Shown here: positions 50,101 through 63,692 of the stretch, piece after piece
How the letters are laid out: each line of letters starts with the position of its first letter
Numbering within the stretch: position 1 is the stretch's first letter
DNA from: Paragordius varius
Taxonomy: Eukaryota > Animalia > Nematomorpha
Reading direction: 5' to 3'
DNA: 64,000 nucleotides
NCBI GenBank assembly: GCA_964247055.1
Contig: OZ176052.1
Location: forward strand, 124,001 to 188,000
Notes under the pieces: generated by a model
What the model was told of the DNA's origin: nothing
Database searches by the model: none
Seen by the model: the letters and a program-made list of their open reading frames with translations, nothing else
Made by a program: the position numbers and the translations under genes

Positions 50101-53100
50101 GAGGTAAATCTAAATCACTGGCAATCAAGAGGGCAGGCCAGAGAATAGCGTGGAATTTAAGAATATCTTTTCCGATCACCTGATGTGTTGGGGGCCAACA
50201 GAATTTAGATTCTTGCCTTGATTTCTCAATACTGATTTGGTTTTCATTAGAATCTATATAATAAATATTCCTTGAAAAAACTATTACTATTAGATATTAC
50301 GAGTAAAAATCAAAAATAAATGACATTAAGTTTGTAGAGTATAAAAGCAAGCAATATAATAGCACAATATTTTCGTTTGTTACGATAAATTAGTTTTTTT
50401 ATTTAAATCCACACAACATTTATATGTAAAATCAATATGCTCGAAGATTCGAATTTCCAAAATAAAAAAATAAATTACCATATGGTACTACCTTTTTGTA
50501 AAACACCAAATTAATACTTATCTTAAAAAAGTATATTTCTCTTATAAAACTTACTTGGACGGACTTTTATTACTTTAACGCTTCCTTATAAATTTTATTA
50601 TGTTCTCTATATATAAATTTACCTGCCGAGAATTCTTGAGATATCAGAGCATCTAACCCAGAAACTGTAAGATAATTGGCAAGCGCATCAAACCAAACAT
50701 AAATCTACACTATTCCAAAAAAACATATTCGGACAAAACGTAAAAGGACCCCATTTTTATATATATTCCTTATTCATGGTTTTTCGAGTTAAATTTTTTT
50801 ACTATTTGTGTTTTCTTTACATTTTAACTTTTATTGTAAAATAAATTATATTATATGAAAGCGCATATTTCAAAAAAATTTGAAAAAAAAAATGAATTTT
50901 ACCAAAAATAAATTTTCCTTATTTTACTTACCGTTTGTGAGGGCTCGTTTGGAACAGTCAGGGCCCAAGGAACGCGATCAGCTGATCTGGAGACTGAAAT
51001 TTCTTTGTCACTCAATTCCTCGAGGTAAGACAGACATAAATTTACAAAAGTTTCAGATTTTGTCGTCGTGGCAGAATTGTCTTTATGCGTAACAGTTGAA
51101 GGACAAATGGGACACTCTGAGAAGACAAAAAATAAAATACAGGGAATAACCAAAAGATAAATGTAAAATTTAAGGTTTAAATTCATTTTTTTAACCTTTA
51201 ATTAATAAAAATTTTGTGCATTAATGTCCTACGATACAAATTGGGTAATTTTCCTCCCAATGCCTATCTTAAATCAAATATATATAGTTAATTAAAGAAT
51301 ACATCAAACACGAGCAATTACAGTAAAAAGTAAAATTATACGCAAGGACAAAACGTGAAAATATAAAAACAAATATTTTTCAAAAAGATAACCATACCTT
51401 TTTAATCTTGGCTTTTGTTTAATGTAACTCAATGTTTTAAACTACAAAGTATAATATAGAAATGTAAATTGTTAACACAATCAATGTATTTTACGATCGT
51501 AATTAAATGTTATTTATAGGCTAAATCAAGGTTTAAAAAAGTATGGGTTTGTTTTTTGAAAAAAAATTATCATTATATTTTTATATTTTGTCCTTACGTA
51601 AAATTTCAATTTTTACTGTAAATAACATCAATGCCCCCCTCTAAAATATGTATAAAAAAATAAAATCATGTAAAAAACTTCATTAATTGTTTGGGGGCGA
51701 AGACAAAAATATACCCCATATAGGTAAAACGCACCAAAAAGCAAAAATAATGCTAATTTAGATTTTTCATGCCACTATTATAGACAAATATACTAGTTAA
51801 AACTAAAATGTACAGTAAAAATCGAAATAATAGTTTTTTAATTTTTTAAAACCTATTTTTTAAATATAACTAACTCATTGTTTAAAACTGCAAAGTTATT
51901 CTAAATTCTCCATTTCACAAATGTAATTATATAGTTTATGAACAAAATATCAAAGTTTAAGAATTATGAGTATCTTTTTAAAACATATTAGCCTTTATAT
52001 TTTTACATTTAGTCGATAATTTTTAAATTAAATTTTTACAGTATAAAAACTGATGGAATATGTATGATAAAACTCACATATAATAGTCAAATTAGTGTGG
52101 GGTAATTAACTACCCTGAGAATTTGTATCAAAAAGTAAAAATAAAAACCTGGTTGAAGTAACCAAGTACGTATTTTATCAGCAATGGTAGAATTCAATCG
52201 AAAAACATAAGTTGGTTCAGAAACCCAGTGAACTGAAGAGTTATTTGATTTTCTAAACCCAATTTTATTTCCATCCATATCAGTTTGCTAAATATATAAT
52301 TACAGCAAAATTAAATTTATATAAATAAAACTAATATTAATTATTCATTTTTTAAATGATAAAAATTGGAATATTTATAATTTTATGCCTATGACATTAT
52401 TATGTTTGAAAAATATTTCAACAGTTTTTTTTTCAAATTTTGTCTTAAAAACTTAATTTTTCTTACATCAAAATTTTAGGGTATAATACTGCATAATTCA
52501 CCAAAAAACTTTAATTAATTACAAAAATAAATTTTGGGATACAAATAAAAACGCCGCCTATAAAATGCAAAGACACCTGATCCAATATAGTTTCATAGTT
52601 CGGAACGAATTCTTCTGCAATTGAATCATACCATCCAAAATAGCAAGATTTATAAATCATTTTTTGTTCCATCAAACGATTCCAAAGCCAATAAACTACA
52701 CGTTTATGTCTTATATATATATATATATAAGTGAATTTTAAGCTTTAAAATTAAATGGTAATTAAAATTGGGTCTAAGGGGTCTTAAAATATAATAATGA
52801 CAACTCCTTTTTTTAATCACCGATGAAAAATTTAATTGTTACTGAAAATAAGAGTAAAAAAATTATTTTTAATGAAAAATATAAAATGGTAAAATTTTTA
52901 ATTTGTGTAGATTTTCAAATTATACAAAAATAATTAGAACAATTCAACTCAATTTTATTAAATTATAATGCAATAGATATTTTATGGTTAAGGCAAACCG
53001 GTTATAATCTTTTATTTGTTGGAAACCAAACTTTAGTTAAAATTTTACCAATAATTACGGTATATTTTGCCTAAATATATACTTCTCATCGGTAGTTCGA

Positions 53101-53514
53101 ACAAAATGGGTGTTATTAAGCTTCATTGAATGGAATAGATTTTCAAACTTTGCCGATACATCTGAGCAGAATTTATGCAATGATTTGTGATTTGCAGAAC
53201 CTTATGTAATGTAATATAAAACCTAATTTTTGAGCAGTTTTATGAATTTTAGTTCCGTGTTCATCTGTTCCTGTCGAAAAAATTATACCGTTTTTATTTT
53301 TTTCATGGCACAAATTTATCCAATTATTTCGCAAAAGCTCATATCTGAAAATTGTGTTGGCTATCGTTGCCGAATAGTAGTGACCAAGGTGAGGAGGGGC
53401 ATTTGTATAAAATATTGGAGTCGTAACAAACAACTTTGGTTCTTTGCATTGGATTATTTGAGTTGAAAATCTTTTTAAAAAATTTGTTGGTTGAAAACAA
53501 GCATGCAGTTTCAT
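47186..53514 (-). CDS. MARS2: Methionyl-tRNA synthetase, mitochondrial/bacterial type
   Basis: Exons 53223-53514, 53083-53200, 52577-52709, 52149-52287, 50932-51116, 50623-50704, 50057-50253, 49436-49578, 49123-49238, 48377-48611, 47186-47696 (2151 nt, phase-consistent). Motifs TTPIFYTNAPPHLGH, TGTDEHG, FVRTTD, IYVWFDAL, IGKDILKFHAILWP, KMSKS; N-terminus resembles a presequence. Confidence 0.95.
48051..48336. mobile_element. MITE family A copy in MARS2 intron 10
   Basis: Same inverted arms. Confidence 0.87.
49602..49827. mobile_element. MITE family A copy in MARS2 intron 7
   Basis: TA-CAGTAAAAAC terminus; decayed right arm. Confidence 0.8.
51319..52043. mobile_element. Two MITE family A copies (51319-51620 and about 51811-52043) in MARS2 intron 4
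   Basis: First copy complete with TA flanks; second decayed. Confidence 0.8.
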
Positions 53515-54938
53515 AAACGCCCTTTGTCATATGTAGCATATTTATTTTTTGATCAGAAAATTTATTTAATATAAATGCCATAAAATATTTAAAATTCAAA
53601 ATCAAATCTTTCTCTTTCTATTTCTTTTACATTTGAAAAAATTATTCAGTGATGTCCTAAATTTATATACAAACTAATATAATCAGTATGGTTCTTTTTT
53701 GGTGTTTAGTTATTTATTTATAAATATTTATAAACCTTTATGAAGAAGCGCACATTATGACAAATGTTTTTTATATCCTATCCAAAAATATTTTTAATGT
53801 ATGCTAAATTCTTAAATATTTAAGTAAATTTTAAAAATATTGACAAAATTTTATAAAATTTATAGCACTTTATTAATTTATGTTTAGTTTTTTAACCTCA
53901 AAGATATTATAGATTGGGGTACCTAAATATACAATATTAAACAAAATATATTAGCTTTGGGAGGGAACAAAATTTATGTAAGCATGTTACCTCAAATATC
54001 ACCGTTAAATTTTTTATATCGCTAAAAATTATAAATTTCAAAATTAGCTCTAACAATTATGAAGCTCCAATTCTTTAGACATTACAAACCTGTTAATGAT
54101 AGCAATCTTGTCTCAGTTTTTAATGCCAAAAGGTATTAAATATACTTTGATAAAAATCCAAATCCAATTTTCCATTTCATCATAATCAAAATTTTAAGCA
54201 ATAAAGGTTTTTAACTTCATATAGCCATTATTAGTCAAATAGTAAAAAAAATAATCTATGATCCATGGATATTTTAGCAATTTTAACAATTACTTTTTAC
54301 CCTTTTTGGAAGATATTAGAACGAGACCACTGAATTTTAGGTATAGAAGTGCAACCGGGTCGTTTCCTAAAAATTGATATATAAATCCATAGTGATGAAA
54401 ATGAATTCGTTACAAGGAAAGGGAACCAAATATTATTTGATTCTCTTCTGAGAAGTTTTTTTTCCAAGGATATCTATCTAAAATATTTAACTACCAATGC
54501 GAAATCCTTTAATACCATATACATAAATACTGATGAGATTTATTTTACTATACATATTAACGAATTGACTATGAAATACATCAAATGATAAATATAAAGC
54601 ATCATAATTGTGAATAGAATAATTAAGAGGCTTTAAAGGGCAGGGCGGATAATATTGCAAACATATTGTATCTGTGTGCATTTTTTACATTTTTCAAAAT
54701 TAAATAAAATATATATAAATACAATAAATGACAAATAATATTCATAATATATATATTTATTGGACGTGATATAATTATAGCAAGGAATTTCTCTTTTTTC
54801 AAGGTCTTTGAATTCTATTTATATTAAGATTCACACTTTTAATCAAATAAATTTTTAAGTAGCTGTGGTTTTGTATTAGTTTAATAATTTATGCTACACT
54901 GAGTACTCTTTCAATTCAAATTATCATGATTATGAACA

Positions 54939-57900
54939 TTAAGGATTACTAAGCGATTGATTTGAATGGACGGAATGTTGTGGTGGGGTGATACTATACG
55001 AATGCGTTGTTGAGTATATATTCTGATCAAAAAAAGCCATGTTTTCTCTTTTTCCTGAATTTTTCTCAGTGAAATTGCCAGTATTTTCCGTATTAATACC
55101 AATTTCCTCACCATCATGGTGACTGTCATAATATTCATAATATTCAGCAGGACAGTCGTCTTGCTGGCTATAAAAATTATTATTTTCCGTGTCCAGTTGA
55201 TCAATTTCTTCGTCTTCTGTTTCGTCGTCAACATAATCGTCCATATAAAAGGAATTTGAAGTGGAACAACCGCCCCCTACTTCACCACTCCCCAGCTGCT
55301 GTTGTTGTTGCTTTGAGGATAGACTCCTACGAAATTTGGCGCGCGCGTTTTGAAACCAAACCTTAGAATCACATATATATATATATATATGGTATATAGT
55401 CAGAGCAAATTTATTTGAAAAATTATTGGAATAAAGATAAAAAACGACCAGTTTAACAACTGAAACATTTGTACTTGCTGTTTTAGTTTATAAATTATGT
55501 GCGTTTAATAAATTCTAGTCAGGTCAAGATATAATAAAATTTGCAAAAGTCATAATCCTCAATCCTTATGCGCATATATCACTATTAGTTTTATAAAGAA
55601 AGCCTAAAGATTCATTAAAAAAAGGGAAAAATTAGCGTAAACCCCATTGAGGAATTTAGTAGGTGACTATTAAAAATACATATATATTAGATACTTGGAG
55701 AACTCGTTTAGACAGACCCGTTTTTTGTGACAATTGTTTCAAGTCCTTGGCGTCTGGATTGTGATTTGCGGCAAAGTAAGTTTTCATCGTTTTTAGTTGG
55801 TGATGTTTGAAAGATGTCCTAAGTCGCTTATTTCTTAAATGATGCATTGGATGGTGATGATGAAAATGGAATGGTAAAATATGATGTGCTCCTCCAGGAT
55901 TATGAGAAATCGAAGTCGTAGAAGAATGGAAATGGGGTGGTATAAAGGGGTAGGGTTGTACCCCAAATACTCCTGGGGTTTGATCGCTTCCTAGAGCTGG
56001 AAAAAAGGGCGGTTTTATAGCCCCTGAAGTACTAGTAGTAAATGGATTGACAAAATCTAAGGCGGTTTTATGTTCATCAATTGTCTTTACAATGGTCAAT
56101 TTTGGAAAGTTTGATGTTTCCTTTTCTAGGGCATAAGGTAGTTGGGTTGGTAAGAGATCATTTGAAGGATTATTTGGAAAAAATGTGTGAAAGCTTTTTC
56201 TTTGAGGATAACACATGTCAGTTCCTTCACCAAGGGTGGGATCCATCCCTTGATTCAATGACCTTAATGGGTCAGTTTCAGCGATCGTTGGAGTAAAGTT
56301 TTGTTCAGGATCTTGAACAGAAGTCGTCTCTAATTTTTTGATAGTTTCCAAATTTTGTGCTATTTGACAAACGGTTGGACCATTTACAGCATCATTTTTA
56401 GTGTTAGGCTCGGTGACTTTTTTCGTTTCATCCGCATTTTCTATCGCTGTTTTACGTTTTTTCTTTTTGACGGTTGAAGTCGCTTTTTTAGTAGACGCTT
56501 GTTTAGCGGGGGCTGAAATTTGAGAGGACGGATCTGTATTCAATTTTGGAAGCGGTGAAGTATCGCTACCAATTCCCTTGTCTTTAACAAATTTCTCTTC
56601 AGAAAAACAACTTTTTAAATCGTTGCGGTTATCTGGTGTATTTGTCACATAACTTGACATGCTAAGATTTTCACCATGTCCGCCATATATCAAAGGAGGA
56701 TGGTTTGAATAAAATATGTCATTATAATAAAACATTGAAGAGTTATTTTGGCCAAAGGGAGTTAAATATAGATTTTCCATATCACTATTCATAAACGCAT
56801 CATATGGATTTGAGTTACCACCATAACTTTCATTATTATAGTTGAGAAAATTATGGTAAGAATTATAAAAAGAGGGATGGTAAAACATGGGTTGATTTGA
56901 TAAAAAATTATCATGAGAATGAAAAGATTGCAAATGTCGAAAACAAATCAGCTGAGTTTCTCCCTCGTGTGCAATTCCTCCAAACTGTTTAACTCGAAAG
57001 GATTCACCTGTCCTTAGCACGTTGGAACAAATATGGCATTTGAAACATTCAACGTGAAAATATGCGATAGTGTTGTTAATAAAATTGGTATTCTCAATAG
57101 AATTTTCATTTTTCTTTGGGGACATTGTTTTAAGTTTCATGACTAAATCTGTCGGTTCAAGGCTTTGGTGACAAGTTTGACAATCAATTTTCGGATTCGA
57201 AGTTTTAGAATAAATTTCTTCGGAAACATTGTCAAGATCGGATGATTTTAAAGAGCCATCTTCCTTTTTAAACAACCTATTATAATGTATTGTAAATAAT
57301 AAAGTATCTCAATAAAATATTTAGATTTTTTCAGTTATATTCCGTTAATAGGTAATTCTTCGCATAATTTAACTCTTATGCAGGGATTGGTTTATTAAAA
57401 ATGATTTTTGCATCCTTATTACGACATACAATAGTTTTGATATGTTAACCTTATTTATTTTTCATTTTTTAATTTAGATACATTATAAAAGTTTTACCAT
57501 GGCCATCTGTATAAAGTCCCTAAGAAACAAATAGCTTAAAGTCAATCCGGAACTACGAACGGTTTGATTTCCATTTCCCGATTGATATCGCACAATCGAT
57601 TATATTAATATTGTCTGCCTACTACTTGTTAATTTCATATTATAATTCAAATAATAACCAATAAATTTTATTACAAAAAGGGCACAATCTAATAAGATAG
57701 CATACTGTTTATATTTTATGTCATTTTTTTCTGTGAACAATATGCTTTTTAACTTGTTTCTTTGTCACTTTATTTAATAATCCTCTTTTGTTCCAACAAT
57801 ATTTTTATGACTCTCATTGTTAGGAAAAAGCAAAAACTATAAAATATATTCCACAATTTATGAATAGACACGCGTCTGTCTTAATAAACTAAATAAACTA

Positions 57901-59238
57901 AATATATACAGTAGCGTATGGCATAAAACAATATTAGTCCATAAAAGGATAAAAAAATTTTTTTTAAAAAAAAAACAAGCGGATATTATGGATATGTGTA
58001 TAGACAGTTAGGTTTATTTTATTAAAAAACATTTTTATTCTTTTATGGACTAATAATGTTTTATGCCATACGCTACTGTATATTGTAAATCATTTTTTTA
58101 TTGTTTAGACATAACTGATTTGTTCTATTAATTCTAATTCTATTGTATTGTAATTTAACAATAGAATAAACCTAAGCATGTTTAAAATTATGGATTCACA
58201 ATAGTGAAGAACAGAGAAAACTGGCAAATTGACAAAGACAAAATTAAAGCATAAAAACCATATTCTAAACATATTGTGTGGAGTTTTAAAGCGTGGCTTT
58301 TTTCTACAGTACACCTACCTTTGTTGTCAAGAAATAAAATTTTCTAGCTATCACCTTAAGAAGATTTAAGAAAAATCCTAGGAATATGGTGGTAAAAATA
58401 GAAATATCCCACAACTTTTACTATAAAATATGGTTGATAAAATGATTAAATATTGATTATAGTTAAAGAGCAATCAAAATTTGAACGAAGCGGTAATTTC
58501 TTTGATGTTATTACATAAAGATAGCCATGATGTCAAAAGATCCCTATCTTATTATGCAATGGATTTTATAGGCTGTTGTTTAATTAGTGCAATATTTTTG
58601 ATTTCTAATCAGTTTTATATATGATGGGTATTTAAATTTTATTAAAAAAAATAAGTTTTATAGTGGTTTCTTGGTGTTTTGATTTTATGTATAATAGGTA
58701 AAAACAAACTTATTAGTTTTAAACAATAAAAGTGGATAAAATATTACTAACTATGCATTTCCGCTCCCCGCTATGAATACATTTCATTTTATTGTTAATA
58801 ATTTAAATTTGAAAATTTTTTTATTGAGATTATCTGATAATCTACTTTTTGTATTAGACTAGGCTATTTATCTATTAATATATATATATATATATCCGAA
58901 ATTCTCCTATAAATGCGTTTATATATATGAAATCAAAAACCTAAAACTTAAATATATTCCATAAACTTTTAATCTTGTAAAAATTATATATAATAAAAAA
59001 TTTACCTTTCGTAATCCTGTCTACACAAAATTTGTCCATGTTTAACAAAACAACTTTTTAAGCATTTTTCATTGAGTTGAATGTCGCAAATGTCACATTT
59101 TAAACATTTTTCATGCCAATAGTTTTTGGGGCCTGTTGATATTTTTGCCTCACATAAAGTTAATAAATAACGGTCTAGGATGAGTTCTTTACAACCAAAA
59201 CATACCACAGGTGTCGATTGAATAATTTTGTCATTCAT
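54939..59238 (-). CDS. Lhx2/9: LIM-homeobox transcription factor, Lhx2/9 (apterous) class
   Basis: Exons 59006-59238 (LIM1), 55695-57276 (LIM2, long linker, most of the homeodomain), 54939-55361; about 745 aa. Homeodomain KRLRTSFKHHQLKTMKTYFAANHNPDAKDLKQLSQKTGLSKRVLQ|VWFQNARAKFRR is diagnostic of Lhx2/9/apterous. Confidence 0.95.
57907..58080. mobile_element. MITE family B copy in Lhx2/9 intron 1
   Basis: TA-CAGTAGCGTATGGCATAAAAC ... GTTTTATGCCATACGCTACTG-TA. Confidence 0.88.
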
Positions 59239-60476
59239 GATTGAATATATATTAGAATGGGTTCAGTTTCTATAAAACGCATTTGAAATAATTTTGGGAA
59301 ATAATTCTAAAATGGAGTTTATAGTGAATCAAGCGTTCTGCTTTCGATTTTCTGCAAAATAATGATGTATGATTAAATTTTGGAATCAATATAGGATTTT
59401 CAAATCTTTTAGGAAAAAAATTGGTTCATAAGATTTTTTATTTATTATAATAAGAATTGGAAAAATTTAACCATAAAACCATATATATTTTTATATATCT
59501 TTCTTTTATTTGTATTTATACAATTCAATGAGAAATATTATATAATAAATATACATAGTTTCGTAAAATATTTTTTTATATTTTATTATGTATAATTCAA
59601 GATTTCTTAAGAGGATGCCGGGAAAGGCACGTGATTAATTAAAAATAATGAGCTGTATTTTTATTAATATTTTTTATATATAATTCAGAAAAATTGGATC
59701 CATAATACTATATATATAAAAGTATTAATATATTATCACTTTTTATATGGAGAGATGTTTTTGAAAAATATATGAAATTTTTAAAATTGTATTTATAATT
59801 ATTACATAATATAAAAATAATTTCTTATAATTTATAAAAAATCAAGTGGATTGATTATAAAATAAAAAATGTTAATTTTTAAGGGTTCAAGTATGTTTAA
59901 AAACGCGCCAATAAGACCAATGTTTAAAAAAATTTTATATTTACTGTCAATCATTGTACGTCAATCATAAGAATATTTAATAATTATTATCAAAAATATA
60001 TATAGTAGGCCGCAAAATTAATTATCCTTTAATATTTTTAAAGGCATAAAAACTCCCTTATTTATAATTCTTAATTTACCAATAAAGTGTAAATTTTTTT
60101 GTTATATTATGGACAAATTAAGTGTAATTATATTGAAACAAATGGGTTTTATAACTCCAAAATATTAGGGCGGCCCACGAGAAACTTCAATTACAGCATT
60201 TTACGAAATCTCAGTAAAATTAATTTTGTTAAACAAAAACACTCTATGAATTAATCTTACCCTATTTTAATGATGATGAATTAGCAAAAAAAATGTTGAA
60301 ATAAATAGTTGTTTTTTACACATTCTTTTCCTATATTTAAAATCTAATGAAATGTTTGTAAATGCGCCCAATATATTTTGCGACGCCATATTTATGTAGC
60401 GCGTGAAGGCAATTATGTTGGACAGGTCTTATTTAGAAAAGAGCTACTTTCAGATTTCTTAGAAAACTATTTAATA

Positions 60477-61962
60477 TACAGTAAAAATATGAAATTATAT
60501 GGGGACAAAATGTTATTTTTTAAAAGACAACCATATTTTTTCAACCTTAATTTATCCTATTATAAATCTTGTTTCAAATAATGATACGTTAATTTAATAC
60601 GCTTGTATGTGGTTCTTGTTAAAAGGCTTCCAAAAAAGAAATTTAATATAATTTAATTTTTCTAAAAGCTGTATTTTTTTATAAAGGTGCGCCAAAACTA
60701 TAATTCAAGTGATTAGAATTATTTTTCAAAATTAAAAGCATAAAGAATAACGTTTTATATAGAAAATGGGTGATGGATATTAAATAGATAAATTTTTTAA
60801 GGTCTGACCCACGCAACTTTTTATATTCATGTCTCACCTTGAAACTAATAATTCTTAAGCCCATACACCTCCCTTTCAAAAAAACAAAGTCAAAAATGCA
60901 AATTATTGAAAACATTTGAATTTTAAGCTTTTAAACGCTATTTTATTACTTTTATTATTTAGTAAGTAAAAGAAAAATAATTTGATACAATATAGATTTC
61001 CCAATTAATGGCATTACTGGAATTTAAAACGTCTTTTAAACACCTAAATGGGTATGGTGTACAGTATAATATACAAAGTTTAATATTACAGCAAAAACTA
61101 AATTTATGTGGACAAAACGTAAAAATATAAGGAAAAATTTTTTTTTCTAAAAGCAACTATACTTTTTAAATCTTGATTTATATCAATATAACTCATTGTT
61201 TTTAATGGCAAAGTGTGAATAGACATATATAATACTAACATAATCAATTCTATATTTGACAATTGTAAATAAATAGCTCATAAGGGGAACATTAAGCTTT
61301 TAGAAAGTTTAGTTGGTTGTAGGGTTGTGTTGACCAAGTCCTGACTTGGTCGACCGGTTTATGACCGGTCAGTGACTATTTATTTTTTGACCATGGACAT
61401 TTTAAAAAAACCGCTGTTATTTAGTTTTTGGAAGATAGATAGTAAAACTTTATTGTTTTTTATATATTTTCAAACAATATAAAATATAATTATTTATATG
61501 CTTATTTAACAATATAAATTTGTTATACATGCATCCGTATAACATTGGCATTTAAGCATTTCCAGTTATTTCGAAAAACCTAACAATCAAGCACTTTGCA
61601 AAATATGCAATTAATCCATATATGTGAACCAATAAAATAAAAAAATATCATATTTTGATTTTTTAGTGATAAAAGAAAGTGTAAAATAAGCAAAGTAAAA
61701 TTTGAAATATCCAGTATTAAGCTATGTAATCGAAGATTCAAAAGGTTACTAACATGTGGCAAAATTTATTTGAAAACATAATTATTGTAAAAATTTATTG
61801 ATGAAAATATATATAAACTTTTAAGAAAAAACATCACATTAAAAAACGCAATTATATATTTTACACAATTGTAAATAAATAGCTTATAGAAGGGGGTTGG
61901 TTGTCTTTTAGAAAAAAATATTTGTCTTTATATTTTTACCTTTTGTCCGTATAATTTCAATC
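60477..61962. mobile_element. Three truncated MITE family A fragments (about 60477-60580, 61087-61320, 61780-61962)
   Basis: Single arms of the same family consensus. Confidence 0.7.
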
Positions 61963-62891
61963 AATTTATACTCTAACGTAGACATATTGGGACCCGCTCC
62001 CCCCATATAAGGCTATGAGGTTGAAAAAAGGGAGCATTTTTTTTAAAATAAGGATATAATAATATAGATATCAAAAGAATTTTTTTTAATAATTACTGGT
62101 TATCTTTTTTGCAATTCTTCGTTTGAAAATAAAATATTGATACCTGTTGAGAATATCCCTCCGTTTTTTAAATCAATAATCCCATTTAAATCTTTCAAAA
62201 TTACAACGATATATAATTGTTTTATAAATTTATTTTAAAATAAAATAATGATTTATGGACCTGTGGATTTCAATTTTTAAACAATGTTATACATAATATA
62301 TATTGTTTGAGAAATTTTTCTAATTTTAAATTAGAAGGGCTGGCTGGCTTTTTACATTCTCATGTAAAGATCAATTTTACTGTTTCTTGATAAGAAAAAA
62401 GTTATAATTTTAAATTAAAATCATATATTTTACATTAAATGTATAGTTGTCCTAAAATTACTATTAACAATAACAATCAAAATATTCAAAATTCCATAAA
62501 TAATTCTAAATTTAATTATAAAGTTATTAAAAATTAAGTGAGTGTTAAGTAATTTGATTATTACATTGTTTCAAACATTTTAATTTAAAGTTTAAGTTTT
62601 TTGAAAAATGTTACAAATGATTAATGATATTTTGTTTTCTTATCAAACTTATTTTGCAGTACATAACTAGTTTCATTTAAATAACATTTTTCACTCTTGA
62701 AACAAAGTTTTGAAACAATAGTTTATGTTTAAATAGTTTTAAAAACGTTAATAAACCATAAAGTACAGTTTATATTAGAGTTGCAAATGACATTATTAAT
62801 AACAAACAAAAGTTTATAAATATCATTTCAAAAAATTAGTTAGTATAGGAACTTATTTTGTGCCATGCGCCAAAATTTAACAAAGGGTAAC

Positions 62892-63692
62892 TACAGTAAA
62901 TACTGAAATTATACGGACAAAACGTAAAAATATAATTATTTTTTTCTTAACCATACTTTTTAAATCTAGATTTATCTCAATATAATTCATTGTTTTAAAT
63001 GACAAAGGGATAGAGATATATATAATACACAATAAATTTTATATTTTACAATTGTAACTAAGTAATTTATATGAGAAACATTAAAGTTTTAAAAAGTATG
63101 GTTGTCTTTTAAGAAAAAATATTTGTCTTTATATTCTTACCTTTCGTCCGTATAATCTCAATTTGGCTTTTAAAAACATTGTTATTGGCACAAAGGTTTG
63201 TTTATAACACATGTAAATTCAAAAGATGTTCACGAGATATATCACATTTACCTTTCTATAAATTCACTAATTGCTCGACGGAACAATTTTTTGAAAATAA
63301 AAAACTGCCATTTTAAACTTCTACGAAAGTTTAGGCAAACAAGGCATTTTTAATATATAAATGCATTCGATGCATCCTAATCAAGCTTTTTAAGTTATTT
63401 TTCTTATAATATTATACAGTAAAGGTTGAAATTATACGGACAAAATGTAAAATTAATAAGACATATTTTTTTTTCAAAAGACAACCATACTTTTTTAGAC
63501 GACCATTTATCCTATAATGAACATTAAATTACAATCGTAAAATAAAGTGTTTGTGTTACCAATTTACATTTCTATATTATACTTTGTAGTTTAAATTAAA
63601 GAGTGATATGTAAAAATATCAGGACTTAAAAAATATGGTTGGTTGTCTTTAAGAAAAAGTTTTGTCTTTATATTTTCACGTTTCGCCTGTAT
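62892..63692. mobile_element. Two MITE family A copies (about 62892-63165 and 63415-63692)
   Basis: TA-CAGTAAA termini and inverted arms. Confidence 0.85.

Noticed and set aside
58262-58316. Possible extra Lhx2/9 exon
   Set aside because: LIM1 splices in phase directly to 57276, and this segment would break phase and has no LIM homology.
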